This document shows, piece after piece, positions 50,085-61,300 of a stretch of 64,000 nt of DNA (within the stretch, counting starts at the first letter, position 1; each line of letters opens with the position of its first letter). The position numbers and the translations under genes were made by a program. Origin of the DNA: Guillardia theta CCMP2712 (lineage: Eukaryota > Protista > Cryptophyta); contig NW_005434672.1 of assembly GCF_000315625.1 (NCBI RefSeq), forward strand, positions 606,426 to 670,425. Direction: 5' to 3'. The notes beneath the pieces were generated by a model, which did not search any database, was not told the origin of the DNA, and worked only from the letters and a program-made list of their open reading frames with translations.

Positions 50085-51084
50085 TTAACTCGTTTGCTCT
50101 GTAAAAGAATCAACGGAAACCAGCTCATTGGCCAACACCATCAAGAACCTTCTGCATAGTTCTCGAAGACGTAGGTCTCAGCAAGTGTGTCTGAAGCGAC
50201 AGTGACCAGGGAAGAAGCACTTTGACAGCTCACCTTTAGAGTCTCTGAAGGAAACTTTCTTTTGTAGCTTGTTGCTCTGACGCAAGTATGAGGCTTCTTA
50301 CTGTCCTAGTGCGCTAAACGTTTTACCTTTCCGGAGGCGGGCTTTCCACTTCCTGATGACCCAGCAACAGTCACGCATGGCAAGACAACTCAGAGGACCC
50401 TCACCTTGCTCCTTGTTCTCTTGTTGCTTGGAGTTGTACCTGCAACATTCATCTCAACTGGCGGATCATTCCGGGGAAGCAAACCTCTCCCATCCCCCTG
50501 CAGAGAGCAACAGGATGTCGTACTGCCAGGTGCGAGCAGGTAAGAGGGCTGTCGGGTAGAACTCGAGTCTACCTCCCCATTGACGCTCTTGTCGTTTCTT
50601 AGGATATCCAGAAAGTGATCCCATTCCTCCTCGTTGCGCACAGGGAAATCGACCCCAGTGCCGTCATCGTAGGCGAACATCGCCTGAGCCCCTAACACTG
50701 AGAATACCGAAAATCACTGCACCAGAAGGCAAGGGAAGAGATCGGAGGAAGACACAGGCTACGATGCTGATAGGGAGGAATGAGGAGGAGAAAGTGAGTG
50801 AGCAGGGAGTGGAGATGCGGAAGACAAGTGACGAATATGGGAAACAGGTCTTTCAACCTTCACTGATGCATAATTGCATCTCAGTCCACTTGGTCGTTGG
50901 CTGGATCTTGATGTCTCGTAGTTCTGCCGGCAAGTGACTGGACGGGAAAACAAGATCAAAGTCTACCTGTGTCGCTCTCGTCGAAACACGTTATCAGAAA
51001 TGGGCCCTGAACATGTCTGCTCAACTCGTATGAAACATATGTTCGAGGCACCTGAATTTCGTCGGTAGTTTTGACGTCTGGCAT
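50085..51084 (-). CDS. Small PB1-like domain protein with C-terminal RVxF (PP1-docking) motif, multi-exon
   Basis: Hand-spliced through GT-AG introns: ELRDIKIQPTTKWTEMQLCISEVLGAQAMFAYDDGTGVDFPVRNEEEWDHFL..YDILLL, then KKVSFRDSKDTLAETYVF. Confidence 0.6.
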
Positions 51085-51278
51085 CCTGCGTACACGTCGG
51101 GTCAGGTCGACGTGATAGTACAAGATACGCTTTTCGAGTAAGGGAGAGAAGAGACAAGGAGCTAGCGAGAGAGGGAGCTTGTGTGCGACGGAGCTAGCCA
51201 CGAAGTGATGGAGCAATGGAGCGAGCGGGAGGCGAGCGACGCAGAGAGTGAGGGAAGTGGGGGAGAGATGAGAAGGGG

Positions 51279-51408
51279 AGAGAGGTAGGAGAGGTAGAAG
51301 AGATAGAAGAGGTAGGAGAGGTAGGAGAGGTAGAAGAGATAGAAGAGGTAGGAGAGGTAGGAGAGGTAGAAGAGATAGAAGAGGTAGGAGAGATAGGAGA
51401 GGTAGGAG
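51279..51408 (+). repeat. 9-bp unit minisatellite (GAGGTAGGA/GAGGTAGAA/GAGATAGAA) with 36-bp higher-order period
   Basis: Directly visible tandem array. Confidence 0.9.
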
Positions 51409-51864
51409 ACAGAGGAAAGGGTCGACCTGTTGTCGCAGCAAGCCATCGTCATAATCCACCTCTGAGCCGCCTGCATGGCGGGAATGACAGAATATGGAGG
51501 GTGGGTAGGAAGTACTAATGATCCCGTTGTTTATGGGGTGGGGGTCATTAATTTGTGGGGTAGGGGGTGGTAGGAGGGGGTGGAAGTTCCCAGACTTTTC
51601 AGGGCCTGAGGGGTCACCAAGCACTTTTTTGTTGCTTTGTTGTTTTTTAACTTTTACGTGAATTTTTTTCCGGTTGAAAAGTTTTTTTTCCCGATTTAGA
51701 GTTTGACCAGAAATCGCACATCAACGAAATACGAAACAAGAAACTTCGATTTCCAAAACATGCTTCACATCATAGTAAATATTGATACAGAAATTTCAAA
51801 CCATATTCTACAATTGAGAATGAGGACATAATGACGGAAAACTTTGACACACGTCCCCACTGAA

Positions 51865-52479
51865 ATGTTCTCGGTAAGCGGCTGAATGACTTCCGCGAGG
51901 GCTAAGAGATTCTTGTGTCTGTAAGCGATGAAAGAGATGAGAAGACTTGAGATGAGAAGACTTGTAGATAATGTTGTCACGAAGGAGAAGAAACAACATT
52001 AATACATGTTGTTGCTCTCAACTTTCAACAAAGTTTGAGTGGCACCTCGACTGTCACAAGTTGTTCGGTCCGCCGACGCCTCGAACGATATGTGAACACT
52101 TGCACAATGATGCGGAAAGAAGAGTGCACACATACCCGAGACTGTCGCTTGCAGGCCGCACCTGAGCGTGAACAGATGCGATGTTGTTTAGAGTCGTGTG
52201 GTATTTGACCAGTGCATATATCTGGCATCCAGGTTCATCTGATTTACTTGTAGACTGCGAGTAGGAGTGACTTGATTGTGCTTGTTTGTCTCCGCTTGTG
52301 CCAACTAGACTAATTTGTTTGTTCGATAGCTTCTTGCAGACGCAGTCAAGTACAACGACATTCCTCCCACCGTCAGCACCAACTGGGTCGGACCTGTTGA
52401 GTACCCTTCCTACATCGAGGCTGAGAAGGAGGCCTATCTCCGCGATTCTGAGTGGACACAGGACACTGCGGGCAAGTAA
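51865..52479 (+). CDS. Candidate small protein gene with micro-exons
   Basis: ATG TTC TCG followed by a strong gtaagc donor; terminal open stretch 52330-52479 reads LLADAVKYNDIPPTVSTNWVGPVEYPSYIEAEKEAYLRDSEWTQDTAGK*. Internal exons are unresolved. Confidence 0.4.
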
Positions 52480-52653
52480 AGTTTGTCTTGATGTGAACAT
52501 GGAATAGACAAGTCTCCTCGGAATCGTGTGATGCACTTCCTAGTATCACTTTCAAATTTACCCCTTATTCAAAATCGTTACAAACATCAGTATTATATCA
52601 AGCGGGAACTGCCATGACGAAATCGACCGTTTGAGTCAGGGCACAGTATCCAT

Positions 52654-54821
52654 TCATGGGCTGTTTTCCGCAAAGTGTTTGAGTCCGTCCTCCCATATAT
52701 CGACAGTGATTCCATACCTTTGAAAAGGAGTCAGCTGTCTCGCTAAGTGAAAAAGGTTCTTTGCACTCACGGTACGCGGACGCTAGTGATTCCCATGCTC
52801 GTCAAGTCCCGACACACTCTTGATTCCTTGCCGAAAAAGAGCATCTGATTGTATTCAACCTGCCGGACGTCAGGAGACAGCCCAGCAGTTGCAAGCAGAC
52901 CTTGGTGCGACGTTTCAAATTCTGTATAGATGAAACTGCCATCACCGCCCGCAGAGTCTCGGACAACTAGAACAAGAATCAAACTAACCATAACGAGCTT
53001 AAGCTGACCTGTCTTGTCTTCTCCAGTCCTGACTGCACGACAACGAAATCTACGATGTCTCTCATTGAAGTTCCTCTGGTGATCTTGGGACAAAGTCAGC
53101 CGTTTTGAGTAGTGCACGATTTTGAAAGGCATGCCTGAATGCTTTCCAAGAACTCTTCAGTCCAGCCGGGTTTTGTAATCCGAGAGAGGATTGCCACCTG
53201 AGATTGAAATCACAGACATCAAGAGATATGAAGAAACACACGCACATGTAAATTTGATCTATCCAGAGCGGATAAAGTCTTAAAAACCTACGTGCAGTCA
53301 AATGAATGACATGGAAAGCAAAACAAAAACGCACTTCTAGTGCGCCCTTCTGAATGACGATTTCCTTGTCGTTTGTATCCCTGATGCGAGCAGGACTACA
53401 AGGCCTGAAAGGCGGTCCAGATGTATCTTCAAACGACTCGCAAATAGCTCCATCAAGCTCAAATAGCACAATCCGCGGCTCGTGGTTAAGAGGACCACCT
53501 GACAAGACGTTCACGGTGCTCACGACAAACTGTATGTTAGAACTTACCAGGAACTGTCCGATCGAGGAAACGACTGCTCAAATCGGTTTTGCTCCTCGGA
53601 CGGATTCCAATCCTGAAGGTATTCGAGACTGCACAAGGTTGACTTACACGATACTTAAAGTTGTAGGTCTCACCGTCACTGCTCGAGACGTTAGTGGTCA
53701 AATGAGGCATGTCTGGTGGTTTCTCAAGGTCGATTGCATCTTGCGGCACTTCGTGCGAAAAGTCTTCCTTTTGCGCCAGATAGTATGATTGGAGCGACGA
53801 TACCTCCTCTTCAGACAGAAGACCACTTTCTGCGCATTGATTCTGCTTTGACTTCAAACTTTGAAGATATTCGTGTGCCTTCTGGGCTGCAAAGGCAGCC
53901 TCTTCAGCTTCTATAGAGCATCGCAAGTCAGACTTTCCATCAACCATCGCTGATCTGTTCGTTCACCTTTCGCCTTCAGCCGTGCTAAACGGTTTGCATC
54001 GGCAAACAGCTTCTCAGCGCGGGCAATTTTGGCCTCCAAGAGGCGTCGCTGCCCACAAGAAAACTTCAACAAGTGAAGAAGAGGCCAAGGGAGACAATGT
54101 TTCAGGCGAGCTCGCACCTCAGTATCCCCGTCGGCAGGGTCTGTCCTTGCCCGAACTGCAGCCTGTGCAGAGCAGAATCAAAACCACAGGTTTGCCTCGA
54201 GTTTAGCACCTGATGCGCCCAATGCTCACGCTCGACGATCACACGATAGAGACCTGCTTGCACGCTAAAACCACCATGCCTTGTTTATCACGTTTACCAT
54301 GCTCCGTGGTACTGTCATCCATTTGCTCTCCATAGTCTTTAATGTCCTCGTTGTTTGCATATTCCTGTGTGGGTTGCACTTAGATTCGATCTTGCTTGTA
54401 CGGTGATCACCTCTTCGAATTTCCTTGATGAAATGCCATCGTGCTGCTCAGATGAACGTAGTTCAGTCTTCTTGTGATCTAGCCTACTTTGTAAACATCT
54501 CGATTCAACAATCAGTGGATTCGACCTTGTAATAGCTTCTTGAAGTGAGGAGAAATACGGCTGAAAGAGTCTGATGAAGGTAGTCAGAAGACGGCTTGTC
54601 GACAGCAAGTCTTCACCGGTCCTCTTTCGATCCCAGCGCGCGTCTGATCCATGGGAATGCATTCGTGGGTTACAGGTGTTGCTACCGTGAGCACGTACAG
54701 CGTTCCACCGACTTGGGTTACGGGAGGGATGAATCCACCCAAGACATTCAGCATGCGCTTCCATCTCCCTGCTCACCAAGAAGATTCCAAAGTACAAGCA
54801 CGCCAGTCGAGTCATACGCAT
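52654..54821 (-). CDS. MDP-1 (magnesium-dependent phosphatase 1)-like HAD protein with degenerate active site and long N-terminal extension
   Basis: PRIVLFELDG..GPPF..IRD..I, VAILSR, YNQMLFFGKESRVCRDLTSMGITSVRVPYGITVDIWEDGL align with the MDP-1 pattern. The hydrophobic N-terminus and 5' exons are tentative. Confidence 0.7.
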
Positions 54822-55324
54822 CTCAACCAATGGTTTGCTAGACGAATCCTGGAGCGAAGTTGGATGTAATCTATCTATGCTGGTCGCCTCCTGTCATTCG
54901 CCACTAGCGGTCTCAGCTCAGCGTCTAGTGCAGTGGAGGAGAGGACGCAGCAAACTCGCCGCATCTCCCGCCTCTGTTCTCTCCCTCCCCCTCCATGAAA
55001 TTACAAGCGCGGGAAAAACATTGAACACTCTACCTCGCCCCCATCCCCGCCCAACCCCGCTGACCGCCCGGGATGCTCAGCCGCCGGCCCAGCTGCCGGG
55101 CTGGCTGCCCTGGCATGCCGCTGGCTGCCGGGATGGCACCACTGAGGGATGGCCGGGCACGGGGGCAGCGGGGGGCGGGATAGCCACTGCTGGGCCACTG
55201 CCGCAGGCCGACCCTGAGTCTCGTCGGAGGCACTCACCAGGACCACGACTCGCCGGTGTGACTCCCAGCAGGCCTGACACTGAACTGATCGGAATGGGTG
55301 CGGGCAGCGACTTGTGGTGATATG

Positions 55325-58300
55325 TTACAGCAGATGCCATTTCCCGCATACTCCTGCCATGACCTCCAATTGATGGAGCTCGCCGATCGCATCTCCGAAC
55401 GCTATGACGCCGCCTGCACGGCATCGTCGTTGTCACAGTCGGAGTTCAGCTGGTACACTTTGACTCACCCTTGATGCTCGCCAAATCCATGCACGTCACC
55501 GCAGAGTGATGGGCCCACCTCCCCACCTGCTCGGGCCCGCCTCAACCTCCAGCTACCGCCAACAAGATCACTCAACCTCGCTGAAGTCGAAGCTGTCAAG
55601 GACGCAGACGGAGCCGTCGAGCCCGCACGTGAGGATGTGGGTCCCGCGAGGGGAGTAGGAGCATGCGGTGACGTCCGACGCGTGCTGGCGGCTGATCCTG
55701 ATGGACCTGATGCCCCGACCGGTCAGCTGGACTCATCCTAGTGACACTTCCGCCTTCACCTCCCTCCCGCCTCCCACACCCGGAACGTGCCATCAGTCGA
55801 GCCAGCGAGGACCTCGTTCCCTGTAGAGACCATGAGACACTGGAGCATGCTGCTGCTGCTGCTGCTGCTTACCTGTCGGTGAGAACTTACAACTTCGGAA
55901 CTCATGGTTGGACCCTGTGAATCGCCGCGCAGGTGCTGATTGCCTCACGTCCCACATCCACACCAAGTTGTCGCCCCCGGACGATATGAGATACCTCCCG
56001 TTGGGACTGAAGTCCAGCGCGAGGGTGGAGGACGAGGCGACGCCCGATGATGAGAAGGCGGTTCGATTGAGACGCCCCGCCTCACTCCCCACGTTCGCGT
56101 CCCACACGCGGACCTGCAACCATGTCAGCACGAGAAGCAGAGCAAGCGAAGGATGGGAGGGATGGGAGGGATGGGAGGGATGGGAGGGATGGGAGGGATG
56201 GGAGGGATGGGAGGGATGGGAGGGATGGGAGGGATGGGAGGGATGGGAGGGATGGGAGGGATGGGAGGGATGGGAGGGATGAGAGGGATGGGAGGGATGG
56301 GAGGGATGAGAGGGATGGGAGGGATGAGAGGCGGGTTCTCGTACCGTCCCATCGAGCGATGACGAGACGAGCTGAGGCTGCAGAGGCGAAACAGCGCACG
56401 ACAGGACCATGGCCTTGTGACCGGTCAGCTTCATCACGAGCTCTGGCGCGCTTGCTCCTGTCCGGAAGAGGGAGCTGAAATCCCACAAAGAAAGTGCCCC
56501 GTCCCCAGCTCCGCTCACCAGGTGGAGCCCCTGCTGCAGGAATCGAGCCACCCCGATCCCTTCACCGCTCGCGGTCCCGAAGAAGGGGACGGCGAGGGAG
56601 GAGCTTCCTCGCAAGCCTGTTAGAATCAACTTGCCGTCGGACCCCCCGGAGATCATGTACCCTCCCCCGTGCGAGATGTGAAGGGAGGTCACTTGCCCGC
56701 GGTGCCGCAGGTTCTTGTCCTCCTTGTCGCCATTCCACGCCATGCAGCTTGCGATTAACCGAGAGATCTCCAGCAGCGCTCCTCCCCTCCCGCCTCCCTC
56801 AAGGGGCCCTTGTCCTCCCGCGACTTGAATCGCATCTGGCAGAATTCCTCGGAGGTCCCAGATGATGAAGAGTCCATCCGAGCCTCCGGAAAGAAGCGTC
56901 TCCTCGCTCTCACTCAGCGCCAGACAGTACACGGCTCCCGGGTGCTGCAGGAGGGTGTAGTGCACTTGAAACTGATCTGCTGACCAGACAACAACCGAGG
57001 CGTCGAAGCTCGACGACACGATGTACAGCCCTGAGGAGGAGAAGAGGCAGGACAGGACTGGGGCTGTGTGTTTCTGCAGAGAGCCGAGCACCCTCCTCTC
57101 CTGCACCTTCCAGACGAGAAGAGAACAATCGTCCGAAGCTGACACAATGCGGTCGCTCAAAGGAGACCAGGCGAGGCAGTTGACGGAACCTCGATGACCT
57201 TGGAGGGCGAAGCTTCGAGGAATCTGCAGAAGAGAGTCCAGTGAGGCAACGGGTGAAGAGGCGGATGGAAGGGAGGAGAGAGGAGGGGAGATAAAGGAGG
57301 GACAGAGGAAGAACCTTGCTGCTGGAAACAGAACTTCTCTGTTGGTCGAGGTCGTCAGGCATGCTCCATACGATGACTCGTCTGTCGGCTCCGCAGCTCG
57401 CAACGAACTTGTTGGCTCGATCCCACCGGCAGCAACGCGACGAGTTGCCGTTACCATGCCCCTCGACGAGGGTGAAGCGCTCCAGGTTGGTCGCGAGCTC
57501 GAAGACATGCCCGTCCCCGTCAGCACAACCTGCTCCTGTTCGTCACTCCCAGCTCGTAAGTGCTCTGCCATACCTGCCAACACCAACTTCCCGTCCTTGG
57601 AGAAGTCGAGCGACGTCACTGCAAACCCCCAGGCATGAGACGAGTCCTCCTCTAGCGCCGGGTTGTTTCGCTTCTGCCAGGCCCTCAGCGTCTGCTGCCT
57701 CTTGTGAAACTCCTCGGCCACTTGATCGTGCGGGGCTTTGACTGTGCAGGAGGAGATCTCGTCTCCGCTGCTCGCCTCGTACACATGCAGCCCGCCCTGC
57801 CTTGACGCCAACGCGAGACGCGACGAGTCGGAGGAGAGAGCAGCAGCGAGGCAGCCGAAGGTGTGACCTCCCCCGTCCTCGCTCGTCAAGGTCCTCTCGA
57901 GGGTACCAAGAATGTTCCATACCTAGAAACGTCAAGCTCAAGCTCAAGCTCGCGCTCCCTCCCTCCTCACCTTGAACTTGCCGTCGTCTGCTCCGGAGAT
58001 GATGATGGTGCCGCAGGATGAGATCACAAGATTCCTCACGTTCCCCTTGTGCGAGTAGACGCGACGGCAGGGGATCTCCCCCCCCCGCCCCCTCCCCTCC
58101 CCTCGTTCTCTCATCCAGTTCTGCCCCTCCCAGCCTTGCGATACTCTGCAACACCTTCAGTTCCCCGAAGCTGTCTTAACTAACAACCTTTGAAGCGCAT
58201 GCTGCCCCAGCTGACCTCCAGCGTTGCAGGCAGACTGGAAGAGAAGCGACGGGTGAGAGGTCAGAGTCTCGCTCTGCCTGCTCAAGAGCAGAAACGTCTG

Positions 58301-61300
58301 GACGAGAAGCTCCCTTTCCCTGCTGGCGAGAGACCGCGAGGCCTGACGGGACGCGACGGCGAGGAGGAGGAGTCGCTTCATGTCGCGAAGAAGGTCTTGA
58401 GCTTGGTTCAGGTACAGCCGCTGCTGCAGGTAGCCGAGGTCCACGAGCAAGGAGCTGCAGACCTCGTTGAAACCAGCGGCCAAGAGATGGTGGGGGAGGT
58501 ACAGGAAGGCTCTTTCCTGCCTCCAACCCCTCCACGTGCACATCCCCTCCGGGTCCGCCAGGTCTCGGTAGAGTTGCCCGATGCGATGGTGGAAGGAGAG
58601 GGCAATGCCGGAAGGGAAGAAGCGTGAGAGGCAGACGTCGATCACCTGCCGCGAGGAGATTCTCAACAGAGGAACGTGAAGCTTGCGCGACCCTCCCGGC
58701 AGCAGCAGGGGCTCTAGATAGTCGCGCAGTGCCATCCACTTGCCCCAGATCATAAGGGAGGAGGAGGGAGAAGACTGAGAGGAGGAGGAGGAGGAGGGGG
58801 AAGGCGACGAGGCAGCAGCTGCCAGCTGCCAGCTGCTTTCATTGGCAAACGGCGTGTCGCTCAAGAGCTGCCGCAGCTCCATCACCTGCTGGGGTTCAGC
58901 TCATAGGTAGCAGACGCATGTCAACTCACCGTCAAGTTGCCATTGCGAGCGGAGAGGACAAACCCAACAGCCTCCTTGACGACCTGCACACCACAGCGCG
59001 AGCAAGCTCGGTTGAGCATGAGATGAGCGAGCTGGTCGATGCTGGGAGGGAGCGCGGCGATGACAGCGCCGGCACGAAACTTCTCTTCCTTGGCCAGCAT
59101 GTCAAGCAAGTAGGAGGAGCAGAGACGAAGGTAGTCGGGCGAGACGGAGGCGTGCTTAGAAGCGAGGGACGAGGCCTCGTCCATGTCCAGCGAGAGGCGG
59201 CGGGAGAAGAGCCCCCTCAAGATCGTCTTCCTCTCGATCATCGTCAGGGGAGGCACCAGGAGGGCATCTGAGTCGGACACGAAGCCCTGGCTGAGGAGGA
59301 GGTTGTAAGCCTCGCTGCCTGAGCAGCAGGCGACTACGACTTTCATCTTAGGAGGGAGAACACGAGGGAGCCAATCGAGATCGGCTTCCCCGAGGATCAG
59401 ATCCATCCCATCGACAACAAGAATCAAGTCCCTCCTCTCTTGCCATTGAATGTACCTCCTCCACTTCTCCAGCTGCTTGTTGCGACTGCTGTTCCATTGC
59501 TCCAGCTCGCTCCGCTCTGAGCTCGCGATTCTGCGCGAGAAGACAGTGGAGGGAGGAGAGACCTGCTTGCCCGTCTCTGCCGTCAGTCGGTTCACCAGCC
59601 AGAAAGGAAACTTAGCGACGGACTCGGAGAGCATAGCGGAGGGATAGATCGCGACAACATCCACCCCCAGCATGTCCGCGCCCTCCTGCTTCAGCTCGCG
59701 AGTTCGTTCTTTCAGACGTGATTCGAGGGCGCAGAGGATGGAAGACTTGCCGCATCCCTTGTCGCCATGCAGCAGAAACGAAGTTCGCGCCTTCTCTGCA
59801 AGGCAGTAGCTCTCTAGCCTGCTCAGCACCTCCGTCCGACCCACGAGGGAGGCCTTGAGCGAGTCACTGAAGCCCAGCAGCATGTCAGCAGCGACGGCTA
59901 CGGGATGAGCAGCATCGCTGTCGGCCTCCCCCTCGCTGTCCAGCAGCTTCAGCATCTCGATGTTTGTCAGCAGGTCGAGCGTGACTCTGCTCGAGAACTT
60001 CTCCAGCCCTGAGAGGAGGATGCGCTTGCTCGAGTCAACGCCCTGGAAGGTGGCAGGGTAGTGCATGAAGACGGAAGAGGCGCTCCTCGCTATCTCTTCC
60101 TTGAGGCTCCGAAGTTTCGCTGCCTCCTCCCGATCCTCTGTGTTATGTCGCTGCCACAGCGAGAGCTTGGGCTTGAGAGCAGGAGACGGCTTCACGCGCT
60201 CCTCTCCTCTCCTGCTCCTGGAGATGGGAGCGGAGGAGGACAAGAGCTTCATGCGGACCAGCAGGTTGGCCGGCGGGTTGTCAGGAAAGTCCAGGTTGAC
60301 GTTCTTCCACCTCCCGGGGATCAGCGAGTCCACCCGCACCTCCGCCCTCCCCAGCTGGATGGCGACGAGCTGGGGGTCGACGGGGTCATCCTCCACCAGC
60401 CGATCCTCGAGGAAGGAGCTGAGAACGAGCGGGGCGGGCGGCTCGAGCAGAGCCTTCCTCTCGCGGAGGAAGAGTGCGACGGAGACGCTGCTGCTACTCG
60501 AGGGCGAGCCCTCCAGCTGAAACTCCTCCTCGAACTTCCAGAGGCCTCCCACGAAACCTCTCTCCAGCTCCCCCTGGTTGGCAACCACAGTAGACGAGTG
60601 CGAGCTGGAGTCCAGTTCGAACCTGACAAAAATGTCGAGGTTCGAAGTCCACTCTCCTGCCTCAACTCTGCCTCCAGCTATCTCTCTCCCTTCCTCCTCC
60701 TCCTCCTCCTCCTTGTTCCCTTCCGCCTCCTCCTCCTCGGGCTGCTCCAGCTTCGGCCACTGCCTTCCATTTCTCTCGAGAAACTCTTTGGTTGTGCTCA
60801 CTTGCTGCGAGTCGATAAGTAGCATGTCCAACAGGTCGAGCACAACTGCTGCCGCTTCCTCCTCGACCCTGTGCGACCTCATCGACCGAACCAGGTTGGC
60901 GAACTCTTCACTTGACATGGCAGAGCCGGCGCTGAAGGGAAGGAGACTGAGAGGAGGAGGAGAAGGAGGAGGAGGAGGAGGAGGCTGAGCTGACGGCTGC
61001 GCCTTCTCCTCCAGCAGAGCATGAGCAAGAGGGTCATGCAGAGGCTCACGAGTGATCTCAACTCCCGTCTCTTCCTCCGTGTTGGAGACCTCTTCAGCTC
61101 CGAATTTCGATCCTGAGATGTGTTCTCCCTCATCCTCATCCTCATCCTCATCCTCATCGTCATCGTCATCGTCATCGTCATCATCCTCATCGTCGTCGTC
61201 GTCGTCTTCTTCTTCCTTGTCCTCTGCCTTTGTTTTCTGGCTATCCACAGATTTTCGTTTGCCTTTCATCTTCCTCCTCAGCGACGCCTGCGCATTCTCT

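Noticed and set aside
50956-51624. LLPLLSL/YLSYLF repetitive ORFs
   Set aside because: Minisatellite translation; only 51084-50968 contributes real exons.
56122-56478. (GRD)n collagen-like ORF on the + strand
   Set aside because: Translation of the 9-bp intronic minisatellite, antisense to the WD40 gene.
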